A stretch of 64,000 nt of DNA from Candidatus Krumholzibacteriia bacterium. Lineage in GTDB: Bacteria; Krumholzibacteriota; Krumholzibacteriia; JAJRXK01. A program made the position numbers and the translations under genes. Below the pieces are notes generated by a model, which was not told the origin of the DNA, did no database searches, and saw only the letters and a list, made by a program, of their open reading frames with translations. Positions 41,352 to 51,641 of the stretch are shown here, piece after piece (within the stretch, counting starts at the first letter, position 1; every line of letters begins with the position of its first letter). The DNA is taken from the NCBI GenBank assembly GCA_035268685.1, contig DATFKK010000145.1, positions 168 through 64,167 of the forward strand, read 5' to 3'.

Positions 41352-42215
41352 TCAGGCCGTACGCCGCCGTGCCTCGGTCCACCAGCCGAGCAGGCGGGTG
41401 CGGAGACGGTCCGGCCATGGGATCGGCGAGGGCCGCCGATCGAGTGCCGCGAGGATGTGCGGGACGGCGGCCGTGCCCGCCCGGTACCCGACCTCGATCA
41501 ATTCCTCGTGTCGCTTCAGATCGAACGAGTGGAAGCCCCGCAGGTCGGGCTCGATCAGCACGTCGGCCAGGGGGACGGCCTCGCGCGCGTTGCGCACGGC
41601 CACGATCCCGATGGTCCGCATGATCATGGCCAGTAGATGACCTGGGCGCGGCGTGAAGTCGGCGAAGGATCCGAGGTGCACGCCGACCATGGTCGTACAG
41701 CCGATGTCGCGGAGCGTGGGCAGGGGCAGGTACTCGAGGAAACCCCCGTCGGCGTAGAGCCCGTCGCCGATCTCGACGGGACTGAAGATCTGCGGGATCG
41801 AGCAGCTGGCCTGAACGGCGGGAGCCACGGGTCCGTGGCTGAAGACGGCCTTGCCCCCGCTCAGCAGGTCGGTGGTGACCACGTGGGTGGGGATCTCGAG
41901 GTCCTCGAAGGTCAGGTCTCCGACCGTGTCGCGCACGAGTTCCGCCACGCCCTGGTTGGAGAACAGGCCGAGACGGGGAATGCGCACGCGGGCGAGGCGT
42001 CTCCAGTTCACGCGGCCGGCCATCTCGACCATGCGGTCGGTGCCCACACCGGAGGCGTAGACCACGGCGATCAGGCTACCGCCGCTCGTCCCCGCGATCA
42101 CGTCCGGACGCAGCCCGGCTTCCTCGATCGCCTGCAGCACGCCGATGTGGGCGATGCTCTTGGCGGTTCCTCCGGAGAGCGCGAGGCCCAGGGTCGGACG
42201 CGGCAGATCGCTCAT
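41352..42215 (-). CDS. Patatin-like phospholipase
   Basis: Oxyanion GGTAKS, nucleophile GTSGG, catalytic DGG. GGGAGA RBS before ATG 42213-42215. Convergent with the S8 gene; stops are 4 bp apart. Confidence 0.85.
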   Translation of the reverse strand: MSDLPRPTLGLALSGGTAKSIAHIGVLQAIEEAGLRPDVIAGTSGGSLIAVVYASGVGTDRMVEMAGRVNWRRLARVRIPRLGLFSNQGVAELVRDTVGDLTFEDLEIPTHVVTTDLLSGGKAVFSHGPVAPAVQASCSIPQIFSPVEIGDGLYADGGFLEYLPLPTLRDIGCTTMVGVHLGSFADFTPRPGHLLAMIMRTIGIVAVRNAREAVPLADVLIEPDLRGFHSFDLKRHEELIEVGYRAGTAAVPHILAALDRRPSPIPWPDRLRTRLLGWWTEARRRTA

Positions 42216-42281
42216 GGGTCGGTATCTCCCGGGTGCGGTCGGGGAGTCACCGCTGTCGATCGGCACCGGCGTGCGGACGGC

Positions 42282-42635
42282 TCAGGACGCGTGCGCGTGC
42301 GTGGCGTACTCGATCGCGGCGTTGCGACTCGACTCCAGTCGAAAGTACTCGGTGAGCCGGGTCATCTCCAAGACCTTCATCACCGCAGCGTCGACGTTGC
42401 ACAGGACCAGGACGCCGCGCACGCGTTCCAGGGCGGTCGCCACGCTGACCAGGGCCGAGAGGCCCGAACTGTCGACGTAGCGCACGGCGTGCAGGTCCAG
42501 CACGACCGCTCGGGCTCCGTCCTCGACCTGGTTCAACATGGATTCGCGCAGATCGACACTGTTGGTGATGTCGACGGCCCCTTCGGGCTCGTGCACCGGA
42601 ACACTGGACAGGGTGTCATGCGTCGGTACGTTCAC
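42282..42635 (-). CDS. STAS-domain anti-sigma-factor antagonist (SpoIIAA/RsbV-like)
   Basis: VLDLHAVRYVDSSGLSAL...LVLCNV pattern with the conserved phosphorylatable Ser. Confidence 0.8.
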   Translation of the reverse strand: MNVPTHDTLSSVPVHEPEGAVDITNSVDLRESMLNQVEDGARAVVLDLHAVRYVDSSGLSALVSVATALERVRGVLVLCNVDAAVMKVLEMTRLTEYFRLESSRNAAIEYATHAHAS

Positions 42636-44268
42636 GGTCTCGCTCTCCTGATCGGGAATCGGAATCGTCGACGTCCGGGGTCCGTCGGACCACGATCAAC
42701 GTCGTGTCGTCGTGACGCGGCGTCGTGCCGCAGTGCTCGTCGATCGCGGCGAGGATACGATCACGCAGATCGGATGCGCCGAGACCGCGACTGTGCGCGA
42801 GCACGCGGTGCAGACGATCGGCCCCGAACTGCTCGCGCGAATGATCCATGGCTTCGCTCACGCCGTCGGTGTACAGGACCATGGTGTCGTCGATGGCGAG
42901 TCGGAAGGTCTGCGCTTCGTAACTGGCGCCCGGCCGCAGGCCGAGCGGCAGGGCCGGCAACGGGAAGCTGTCGATGCGTCCGGTGTCCGCGCGTCGGATG
43001 GAGGGCGCGTCGTGTCCGGCCGTCGAGTAGCCCACCGTTCCGGTTCGCGGGTCGAGGGCGGCGAACACGGCGGTCACGAAGCGGGCGCCGAATCCCTCGG
43101 CGCAGAGCAGGCGGTTCACCTCGCCGAGGATCGCAGCCGGATCCGAGTGACGTGTCGCGGTCGCGCGGAACAGGGCCCGGGTCGCGGTCATGATCAGACC
43201 CGCCGGAACGCCCTTGCCCGACACGTCGGCCACCACGAGCCCGAGCCGACCGTCCGGCAGGTCGAAGTAGTCGAAGTAGTCACCGCCGATCATCGTGGCC
43301 GACACCGACGAGCCGTCGATCTCGAGTCCGGGACGGTCGGGCGGTTCGGAGGGCAGGAGCTGACTCTGGATCTGGTGCCCGACCTTCAACTGCTCCTGTT
43401 CACGTTCGCGCGAGAGCTTCATCTCGATGAGCAGTGCGTTCTCCACCGCGGTCGCCGCGAGACCCACCCCGGAGCGGACCGACGCCAGCAGCGGACTCTC
43501 GACCGCCGTCACGTGCTGCGGAGCGACCAGATTGATGCAGCCCCACAGGGCGTCGTTGGTACACAGCGGCAGCATGAGCAGCCGGTCGAAGTTGTACTGG
43601 CCCTGGTGGTCCGACCGCAGGTCCTCGCGGGCCAACAGGACCGGTTCCCGCGAGGTCATGATCTCGTCGATCACGCGCCGCCCGTCGGCGCGTTGCAGGG
43701 CCATCAGTGCGTCGTGCGGGAGGCCCCAGTCCACGGCGGTGACCAGTTCGTCGTGGTGCAGGAGCGTGATCGACCCGATGTCCGAACCGAGATGGGCCGA
43801 TGTCAGTTCGAGGATGTTCACCAGCAGCATGTCGAGGTCGAGCTGGCCGATGAGCTTGCCCATCTCGTCGAGATAGAACAGCTGTTCGCGCATTCGATCG
43901 TTGTCCGACAGGACGTCGTCGAGATACAGCGACCGGAAGATCGCCGGCGAGAACTGGGTCTGCAGGATCGAGGGTAGGGCCGGGTCGTCGGGAACCCGGT
44001 GGAAGAGCACCGCACCCAGGGGACGATCGCGGAACGAGAAGCGTACGGCACGCGACGGTACTTCGGCTTCGACGAAGGACCGTGCCGCGGCCGCGTCGTG
44101 CGGGCAGCGATCCTCGAGGTACAGGTCGCCCTCCTGGTCGAACAGGTAGAGCCCGCGAGCGGTACCGTCGAGCGAGACGAAGAGGGCTTCGGTGACCTCT
44201 TCCGGGGTCACTGCCGAGGCGAGCCGTTCGGCCAGTGCCTCGCGATCGATCCGGACGGTGGTGGTCAC
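42616..44268 (-). CDS. GAF-domain PP2C-family (SpoIIE/RsbU-like) serine phosphatase
   Basis: C-terminal PPM motifs GGDYFD, VADVSGKG, YTDGVSEA and N-terminal GAF-like region. GTG start overlaps the HDOD gene stop (GTGA). Confidence 0.85.
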   Translation of the reverse strand: MTTTVRIDREALAERLASAVTPEEVTEALFVSLDGTARGLYLFDQEGDLYLEDRCPHDAAAARSFVEAEVPSRAVRFSFRDRPLGAVLFHRVPDDPALPSILQTQFSPAIFRSLYLDDVLSDNDRMREQLFYLDEMGKLIGQLDLDMLLVNILELTSAHLGSDIGSITLLHHDELVTAVDWGLPHDALMALQRADGRRVIDEIMTSREPVLLAREDLRSDHQGQYNFDRLLMLPLCTNDALWGCINLVAPQHVTAVESPLLASVRSGVGLAATAVENALLIEMKLSREREQEQLKVGHQIQSQLLPSEPPDRPGLEIDGSSVSATMIGGDYFDYFDLPDGRLGLVVADVSGKGVPAGLIMTATRALFRATATRHSDPAAILGEVNRLLCAEGFGARFVTAVFAALDPRTGTVGYSTAGHDAPSIRRADTGRIDSFPLPALPLGLRPGASYEAQTFRLAIDDTMVLYTDGVSEAMDHSREQFGADRLHRVLAHSRGLGASDLRDRILAAIDEHCGTTPRHDDTTLIVVRRTPDVDDSDSRSGERDRERTDA

Positions 44269-45203
44269 GCGAAGCTCCCCGCGATCGACGAGACCTCGTC
44301 CTCGACCGAGGCGATCACGTCCTCCACCCGTTCGGGCGCGGTGTCGAGTTCACGGCAGAGCGATTCGACCCTTCCGCTGGCGTTCGGGTTGCGGCACGTG
44401 CGTGCGTAGCCGTGCAGGTCGAGCATCGCGTTGACCACGGCCACACCGAGAACCAGGGGGTCGTCCCGGATCGCGTCGATCGGTTCGTGGTGCCGGGTGA
44501 TGGCACCGAGGAGTTCGTCGGGCAGTCCCCAGCGCTCGTGGACCAGTCCGCCCACCTGCTGATGATCGATTCCCAGCAGCCGGTGTTCTCCGACCGGTTC
44601 GAGCGCAGTGGCGGCGTTCGCCTCGATCTCGCGGCGCACCCGGGGGTAGAACTCGCTCATCGCGATCCGTCCCACGTCGTGCAGGAGGCCCGCCACGAAC
44701 ATCTCGTCGGCGACTTCGCGAAGGGCGCCGACCTTGCGCGGCAGGCGCGCGGACGCCAGGCCGCTGGCAAGACTGAACAGGAAGACGCCGTTGGGCTCGA
44801 AGGTCGGGACGCCCAGGGATCCGCCCATGGTGTTCCGGAGGCCGGCCGCCATGACGAGATTGGCGACGGTCCGGAAGCCCAGGGTCATGACCGCGCGGCC
44901 GACGTCGACGACCTCGCCCGAGCGGACGTAGAAGGGGCTGTTGGCCATCTTCAGCACACGCGTGGTCAGACTCGCGTCACTGGAGATGCGTTCCTCGAGG
45001 TGTTTGATGTCGGCGTCGGCGTCGCGCAGCTCGCGCATGAGCTCGTGCAACAACGCCGGCAGGGCGGGCAGGCGGCGGATCGCGGCGTCGACTTCGGCGG
45101 TCGACGGGCGCACGTCGGCGACTCCGGTGTTGGAGCCGGCCGCGGTTCCGCGGGAGCGTCGGGAATCGCGCGAGACGTAGTCGTCGTATCGGAGTTTCGC
45201 CAT
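44265..45203 (-). CDS. HDOD-domain signalling protein
   Basis: HDOD pattern (LPALPALLHELMREL...DIKHLEERISSDASLTTRVLKMANSPFY...GLLHDVGRIAM). AGGAGA RBS before ATG 45201-45203. Confidence 0.8.
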   Translation of the reverse strand: MAKLRYDDYVSRDSRRSRGTAAGSNTGVADVRPSTAEVDAAIRRLPALPALLHELMRELRDADADIKHLEERISSDASLTTRVLKMANSPFYVRSGEVVDVGRAVMTLGFRTVANLVMAAGLRNTMGGSLGVPTFEPNGVFLFSLASGLASARLPRKVGALREVADEMFVAGLLHDVGRIAMSEFYPRVRREIEANAATALEPVGEHRLLGIDHQQVGGLVHERWGLPDELLGAITRHHEPIDAIRDDPLVLGVAVVNAMLDLHGYARTCRNPNASGRVESLCRELDTAPERVEDVIASVEDEVSSIAGSFA

Positions 45204-45378
45204 GGTCTCCTGGTCCCCAGGACCGCGGGTTCTCGGGTTGGCGTTGCCTCGGGCGTGCGCTAGTGTCCGCTCGTTCGAGCGGGAACCTTCCGTCGTACCG
45301 CGTACCGGTGCGTACGGGACGCGCGTCACCCTCCAGAACCGGGGCATCGATCGTGCCCGAACGACCCCGTCGCCGCCC

Positions 45379-48300
45379 ATGAGCTACCTCCGAGCGCTCG
45401 ACGCGGCGCGATCGCACCTCGATCGCGGCGACCTCCTCGCGGCCGAGGCCGAACTCGAACGCGCCCATGACGAATGGAGGCGGTCCCGCGTCCGTGCGCC
45501 CCTCGTCGAGCGCGGACTGGAACCGGCCCTGCGCCGATTCGGCCGTTGGTTCGGGAGGAAGTCGACGTCCCCCGTCCTCCCCGTCTTCGGCCACCGGGCC
45601 ACCAGACTGGAGGACGATCTCCGCGCGTTGGCCAGACTCCTCCACGACGAGGCCCTGCGCACCGCAGGCCGTGAGGCCAAGGATCTCGTCGAGTCCGACC
45701 GCCAACTGCTCGAGCGCGCCCTCCGCCTGGACCGGCGGAGCCGGATCTTCGGATTCGAACGCCCCGAGCGCTGGGACGTGCTCCACGGCTACCTCGAGGC
45801 CTGCCGCCGCCTGGCCCGCAGCGTGGACGAGGGCCTGCTCCCCACCGACGTGGCCGACGCCACGCAGGAGGAGTGGCTCGGGCGGTGGGCCGAATCGGTG
45901 TTGTCGGGGAGCGGCGTCGTGTCGACGCCCCTGCTGCGATGGCTGGAGCGTCAGGCCGCGGCGGTGGCTCGCCTGGAGGGTCCCGGGGCCGACGCCTGGA
46001 GCTGGATCGCGGCGCGAGGAGCCCTGCGCGATCCCGAGGGAGGCGAACGGGCCCTCGCGCACGTCGAGCGCGCGCTGCGCGGCGACCTCGACGAAACGTC
46101 GCGGGAGGCGGCACGTCGGGCACTGGCCGGACTGCTCGTGAACGAGGGGGTTCTCGCGGTCCCGGGGGCCGATGCCAGGGAGGCGCTCGAGCGCTGGACC
46201 CCGGAGGAGCACGGTGCGGTCTGGCCGCCACCGGAGATCGCGGAGCTGCTCGACGCCCGGACCGCGCGTGCGGACGAGCGACCGGTGGCATCGGTGGTGT
46301 GGAGTGGCGACGCGGCGAACCTCGTGGTCGTCCTGCATCGCGGCAGCACGCCACTCGACGCCCTCGCCGTGTCGCCGCGTGTCGACGCGGGGGAGGGGAG
46401 GTCGCGGTTCGAGGCGTCCCTGCCCGAGGTTCGTGGCTGGCTCCGGCGATGGCTTCCCGACGGGACGCTGATCCTGGCCGACGGAACGCTGCCCGCAGGA
46501 CTGGCCGAACTCTTCGCCTGGTGGCAGGTGCTCGACGTCGAGGCCCTGGTACACCGGATCGACAGTGGGGGCGATCCCGTCGAGGAGACCGCTCCGGTCG
46601 CGCCGCACCCCCTCTGGAGCGGGCCCCACGGGCACCCGGTCTTCCGCCCCCTGGCCGACCGCGCCCGAAGCCTCGTGCCACGCCTCCGGGGGTGGATCCG
46701 CGCCAGTCCCTCGTTCACCGAGCCCTGGGGACGCGACGCCCTCGGCCAGCTCGCCGACCACGGATTGGAGCTGTGCGGGCTCCTGCGCCAGGCGATCGAA
46801 CGCCTCGACGAAGCCCGACCCGGCGGCGAGAGACGGTTGCAGACCGTGGACCTGGTGGTGCCCCTGCAGTGGCCGCGCCTCGAGACCCGCGACTGGCCGA
46901 TGGCGTCGACCGGCGATCCGATTCCGACCGGACGCGGGGTCGATCGCTCGCGCCGGGGGACCATCTGGCACGATCGGCCGGCGACCCCGGAGGAGTTGGT
47001 CGACGTCGCCAGCTCGAGCGAGCGCGCGGAACTCCTGACCGCGAGCCTGTCGCGGGCCCGGGATCTTGCCGCGCGGAGTGCCGCCCGGATCGATCCCCGG
47101 CGGGTGAGCGTGGCCCCGCGCCGGGTGCGGTGTCCGGAGGCCTGGCTGCGACGGCTCGACGACACCATCCGCACGGCGGTGGGTGCGTCCGAGCGACAAC
47201 TGCACGTTCTCGCACTGTGGAAGTCCCTCGCCGAGACCCCCAACGGGGATCCCGACCTGCCCGGGGACCTGCCGGCTCCCCCCGTCCCGGATGCCGTCTG
47301 TGGCGACGCCTGTCGGCTCACCGCCCGCGGTGGCTGCTGGCCGGCCCAGATCGAGGGCCGCCGTGAGGCGGCACGGGTGTGGGTGGTTCCGATCGGGGAG
47401 TCGGGGCTGACGCTGGAGGAACCGTCCGACACGTTGTTCGACGATCCGCGCACGTGGACGGTCGGCATCGACGACACCGGAGCCGCCGACCGCCTGGCCT
47501 TCACCATCGACCGCGCCCGGGCGGCGGATCGATCGTGGGTCTGGGTCGTCGGCGGTGTGCTCGATCCTGCCCTGCGGACCCACTGGAATCGAATGGTTCC
47601 CGTCGCCCTCCACCAGGTGACGAGCGAGAGCCGGGAGGCCGCCGACGTGGTGATGGCTCCGCCGGGCTATCGGCCGGGTGATCCGGTGCTCGGGGAGTGG
47701 TCCGAGCGGGTCCTGGAACGTCGGATCGCCGCGTGGCGCGAACTCGGGGGCGGTGATCACCGCTGGTGGGAGCCGGTCGGATCGCCGCCGGACGCGGCGG
47801 CCTCGGTCGAGGGTGCGGGGACCGGACGGTCGCACCGCTTGGTCGTGACCGCGCGCCTCGCCGGACCTGCCGTCCGGGATCCACTGCTGCTGCTGCTGCG
47901 GGCCACGGCCGGTCTCGGCCACGCGGCGGAGAGCTGGGTCTGCCTCGACCCTCGCCTGGCGCACGTGCTCGGCAGCGAGGGGGGCTGGTTCCATGGCGAA
48001 GCGTCCCGTCGCGGGGGGACCCGTGGAGGTGCGGCCGAGGCGCTCGACGCGAGTGTCGCGAGCGGGCGCGATCTCCTGACTGCGCGCGGGGTGCAGGCGG
48101 GCGCCGCGTGGACCACACCCCTCGACGCCGATCGCCTGCGCGCCGCCGCCGCGGTCCGTGACGAGAGCCAGGACTTCGGCGCCGAGGCGCTGGCGCGGAC
48201 CACGCGGGACTGGGCCCGCGGTCGACCGCTGATCGTGGGGGGCGCGACCGACCGCCAGCGCGATCGCGTCGTGCGTCTGGTCCGCGAGCTCTCCGAGCGC

Positions 48301-51300
48301 AGCGGTGACGGCGGTCCGCTCGGGGTGCGTTGCGTGGTCGTCGTCGGAACACCGCCCGTCGACGAGCTCGATGCCAGGTCTGCCGTCGTCGGGCCCGGCG
48401 AGGTGGAGCGTCTGGGGGCCATCATGCTCGAGGCCGAGCGTGGTCGTCTCTCGCGCGTCGATCTCCATCCGCTCCTGCTGCTCGAGGACGCCGTCCGGGA
48501 GTGGGCGCAACGCGTGTCGAGCGTGGCCTGGGTCTTCGTGCACGGCGAAGAGGTCCTGGCCACCCTCGAGAGCATCGACGGGCCGGCGTCGGAGGCGGCG
48601 GCCATGCACCCGTGGCGCGACGTTCTCGAGCGTTCCGGCGCGGGGGCGATGGTCTTCGTCGACGCCGTCGAATCCGACGCCCGCAGCGTGCCGGCGCGCT
48701 GGGCCGCCGCCCTCGACGCCCGCGTCGCCGTCGTCGAGACCGGTCGCGAGGCCTTTCCGCGCTGGCGTCTCGAGGTCGAGGTGATCGACGTTCCGGCTCT
48801 GGAGTGCCCCGAGTGCGGATCCGCAGTGCCGAGTGATCCCTCCCTGATCGCGTGCCCCGCCTGCGGTCGGACGCTGCCGGGGGATCCTGCGTCGGAGCGG
48901 CACCGCCTGCGGGCATTCGAGAACGCGCTGGTGCGCGCGTTGCAGCGGCCCACCGACGAACCGTGGTGGGCGATCGGGGCCGATGCCGATCTGGTGCAGC
49001 GTCTGCGCTCGCGGCTGGGGTTCGAGAGCTACACGGAGGACCAGGCGCCCCTCCTGGCCGGGGTCGGGGCCGGAGAGCACGGTCCGGACGTCCTGCACGT
49101 CGAGGCGCTGCGCCACCGGAGCGGTCCTCCCCCTGGCCTGCTCTGGATCGATTGCCCGCGCTCGGTGTCCGAACTCGAGGGCCTCCTCCTGCGACTGACC
49201 GCGATGGAAGCGCCGGCGCCCCGTCTTCGGTTGTTGCTCCCCCCGGTCGGTGCGAGATGGGCGGCCGATCCCCGTCTCGCCGGCCGGTGGCGATGGACCG
49301 CCAGCCGGACCGAGGTGGAGTTCCGTCTGCGCGGCACGGGCCCCGCGCGTTCGCGTCGCCCGTCGCACGCGGGGCTGCGTCCGGAACCGGAGCAACCCTT
49401 CGACCGACCCGGAGTCATCGCCCGACGCAGAGGGGTCCTCGGCGTCGACGCCGACCGACCCGCTCCCGACCCGTCGGCGATGCTCGATGCGCTCGACGCC
49501 GTGGGGCCGGTCTTCGGGGCGGTGACGGCGGCACCGATCGACGAGGCGGCTCTTCCTGCCGACGTGGACGTGGAGGAACTCGCCGGACTCCTGGACTGGG
49601 CACGGCGGGCCGAGGTGATCGAACGCGTCGACACCGAGGGTGCCGACGTCGTCGAGCTCCCGTCCTTCGAGCGCGCGATCCGTGGGGTCGCTCCCGACGC
49701 GACCGTGGCCCTGGCGGACGTGGTCACGGGAGACATGCGCGGCTCGGCCACCGAAGAGGTCGCGGAGCCGCACCCGGGAGCGGTCCGGGCGTCGGTGATC
49801 GGGGGCGAGGGCGAGCGTCGTTTGCGCGACGACGTGGAACGAGCCGCGCTCCGTGGAGACCGGGTCCTGGTCGTCGTCGCGCATCCCGGCGGGCGTCTTC
49901 GCTGGGAGCCCCTCGCGAGCGAAGGGGCCGACGTCGTCGACATCGAGGAGCTGGCTCTCGCCTTCCTCGACGCGAGCTCGGGCCGGAGCGAAGGCGACGT
50001 GGTGCGTCGCCTCCTCCCGGTGGGCGGGGCCGCCGAAGGAGAGGAGGTCCGACTGCGACTGATGCGGGGCGCCTCGCGGCGCTACGTGCGGGCCACCGGG
50101 AACGTCCCGGCGATCGAGGCGCAGGACCTGAGGCGTGTGGTCCAGGGTGAGGCCGGTGCGATCGCGCCCGGTTCGGCCGCGGACGTCGACCTCGATCTGC
50201 TCTCCCGGTGCGCAGCCCAGGCCCGGGCCGAGGCCGGCTGGATGACGCCGGCCGAGTTGCGTGTCGCCACGGTCCGGGCGGTCGAGCGCGAAGCCGAGCT
50301 GGTCGAGCGATGGCGACGTCGCTATCGCTGGGCGGCCGTCGACGGAGCCCACGACGTTCCGCCCGATCTGCTCGAGTTCGTCCGGGCGCTGTTCCCGACA
50401 CCGCGCCGATGGGAGCTCTTCGATCCGCTCCTGATGCCGTCCGACGCGGACGTCCCGGTCGGCGCCGAGGCCACGGTGAGCGCCACCCTGCCCCGCGAGT
50501 GGGTGGGGGCGATCGAGACGCTCCGGCGATCGGATCCCGCACTGCCGAGTCGTCTGCGGACGACTCGCCGCGGACGCGGGGCGGGAACGGTCGAACGGGT
50601 GCGGGTGCTGACCCTGCAGGCCGCGGCCGAGTGGGTGATCGAGCAGGTGCCGCCGGACCGCGCTGCCGATCGGACCGGAGTGGTCGTCGGCCACGAGCAC
50701 GACCGGGCCGAACTGCGGGCCGCACTGGAGCGCGCGGGCCACGCCGTGGTGGAGGACCGCACGGCGGCGAGTTGGCTGGCGAGTGGACCGCGGCACCTGC
50801 TCGCAGCGTTGAGACTGGTGGTCTTCGAGCCGGAGGCCGGGGTGCTCGACGTGCTCGCGCGTCTGGATCCCGTTCTGCGCGACGCCGATCACGAGGCCCG
50901 GTTGCAGCGCTGGATCGCGGCCGAGACCGACGTCTCGGGTCTCGACGTGCGAGAACTCCGCCTGGCTCGACTGCACCGCGTGCGCGAGCGGGTCGATGCG
51001 GAGGATCGTCTGGTCGACGCGGCCGCCGCGGTGCTCGACAGCGGCATCCTCGATCCTCTGCTCGGCGCCGATGCCGCGTCGGGACGCCTGCGCGATTGGT
51101 TGGCCGACCACGGTTCCCGTTCGGTGGCCGAGGTCCTGGCGCGGCTCGATTCCGCCCTGGTGGTCGATCCCGTGGCGCCCGGTCGCGGTCTTCACCTGCT
51201 GGCCCCCGACGACCTGGCCGGGCCCGACCATGATCACGTGATCGCCATCGGGACCGGCTACGAGCTGCCGGCTCGTCTCGTGCGCGTGCTCCTGCGGGCC

Positions 51301-51348
51301 CGACGGCGGGTCAGTCTCCTCTACTCCGAGCGCGACCCTCTCGCCTGA
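45379..51348 (+). CDS. Giant (about 1990 aa) hypothetical protein with no recognised catalytic motif, carrying an internal 4-Cys zinc-ribbon-like motif
   Basis: Uninterrupted frame with very high GC3 (ctc/gac/gcg/gag codons) typical of genuine genes here. No Walker A, TM or signal segments. CPECGSAVPSDPSLIACPACG lies near residue 1150. ATG 45379 chosen; the ORF is open from 45202. Confidence 0.7.
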   Translation: MSYLRALDAARSHLDRGDLLAAEAELERAHDEWRRSRVRAPLVERGLEPALRRFGRWFGRKSTSPVLPVFGHRATRLEDDLRALARLLHDEALRTAGREAKDLVESDRQLLERALRLDRRSRIFGFERPERWDVLHGYLEACRRLARSVDEGLLPTDVADATQEEWLGRWAESVLSGSGVVSTPLLRWLERQAAAVARLEGPGADAWSWIAARGALRDPEGGERALAHVERALRGDLDETSREAARRALAGLLVNEGVLAVPGADAREALERWTPEEHGAVWPPPEIAELLDARTARADERPVASVVWSGDAANLVVVLHRGSTPLDALAVSPRVDAGEGRSRFEASLPEVRGWLRRWLPDGTLILADGTLPAGLAELFAWWQVLDVEALVHRIDSGGDPVEETAPVAPHPLWSGPHGHPVFRPLADRARSLVPRLRGWIRASPSFTEPWGRDALGQLADHGLELCGLLRQAIERLDEARPGGERRLQTVDLVVPLQWPRLETRDWPMASTGDPIPTGRGVDRSRRGTIWHDRPATPEELVDVASSSERAELLTASLSRARDLAARSAARIDPRRVSVAPRRVRCPEAWLRRLDDTIRTAVGASERQLHVLALWKSLAETPNGDPDLPGDLPAPPVPDAVCGDACRLTARGGCWPAQIEGRREAARVWVVPIGESGLTLEEPSDTLFDDPRTWTVGIDDTGAADRLAFTIDRARAADRSWVWVVGGVLDPALRTHWNRMVPVALHQVTSESREAADVVMAPPGYRPGDPVLGEWSERVLERRIAAWRELGGGDHRWWEPVGSPPDAAASVEGAGTGRSHRLVVTARLAGPAVRDPLLLLLRATAGLGHAAESWVCLDPRLAHVLGSEGGWFHGEASRRGGTRGGAAEALDASVASGRDLLTARGVQAGAAWTTPLDADRLRAAAAVRDESQDFGAEALARTTRDWARGRPLIVGGATDRQRDRVVRLVRELSERSGDGGPLGVRCVVVVGTPPVDELDARSAVVGPGEVERLGAIMLEAERGRLSRVDLHPLLLLEDAVREWAQRVSSVAWVFVHGEEVLATLESIDGPASEAAAMHPWRDVLERSGAGAMVFVDAVESDARSVPARWAAALDARVAVVETGREAFPRWRLEVEVIDVPALECPECGSAVPSDPSLIACPACGRTLPGDPASERHRLRAFENALVRALQRPTDEPWWAIGADADLVQRLRSRLGFESYTEDQAPLLAGVGAGEHGPDVLHVEALRHRSGPPPGLLWIDCPRSVSELEGLLLRLTAMEAPAPRLRLLLPPVGARWAADPRLAGRWRWTASRTEVEFRLRGTGPARSRRPSHAGLRPEPEQPFDRPGVIARRRGVLGVDADRPAPDPSAMLDALDAVGPVFGAVTAAPIDEAALPADVDVEELAGLLDWARRAEVIERVDTEGADVVELPSFERAIRGVAPDATVALADVVTGDMRGSATEEVAEPHPGAVRASVIGGEGERRLRDDVERAALRGDRVLVVVAHPGGRLRWEPLASEGADVVDIEELALAFLDASSGRSEGDVVRRLLPVGGAAEGEEVRLRLMRGASRRYVRATGNVPAIEAQDLRRVVQGEAGAIAPGSAADVDLDLLSRCAAQARAEAGWMTPAELRVATVRAVEREAELVERWRRRYRWAAVDGAHDVPPDLLEFVRALFPTPRRWELFDPLLMPSDADVPVGAEATVSATLPREWVGAIETLRRSDPALPSRLRTTRRGRGAGTVERVRVLTLQAAAEWVIEQVPPDRAADRTGVVVGHEHDRAELRAALERAGHAVVEDRTAASWLASGPRHLLAALRLVVFEPEAGVLDVLARLDPVLRDADHEARLQRWIAAETDVSGLDVRELRLARLHRVRERVDAEDRLVDAAAAVLDSGILDPLLGADAASGRLRDWLADHGSRSVAEVLARLDSALVVDPVAPGRGLHLLAPDDLAGPDHDHVIAIGTGYELPARLVRVLLRARRRVSLLYSERDPLA

Positions 51349-51641
51349 CCGACCACGGTCGACGGTGGGAAGGGTCGGCCCCTCGGCGGTGGGAACTCCC
51401 TTCCGCATGATGCGTCGCGCCGGGACCGGGAACCGGCCCGATCCACCCATGCGTGGCACGCGTGACCCTCTCGGGGAACTGGCACGCCTCGTGCGGAGGC
51501 GAATGCGGACGTTCACGCAGGCCCGTTCCGGGGCCGGAAGCCGTGCGAACGCCGATGCCGCCGTTCGGGAGACCCGCAATCCGCACGATCGCGATCGGGA
51601 TTCGGGACCGAGCCCAGATCGCACGAAGGAGCAAGGAAACC

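Noticed and set aside
44977-51624. 2215-aa ORF on the minus strand opposite the giant gene
   Set aside because: Antisense shadow ORF typical of about 70% GC DNA. It lacks the strong G/C third-position bias of the + frame and would overlap the HDOD gene region.
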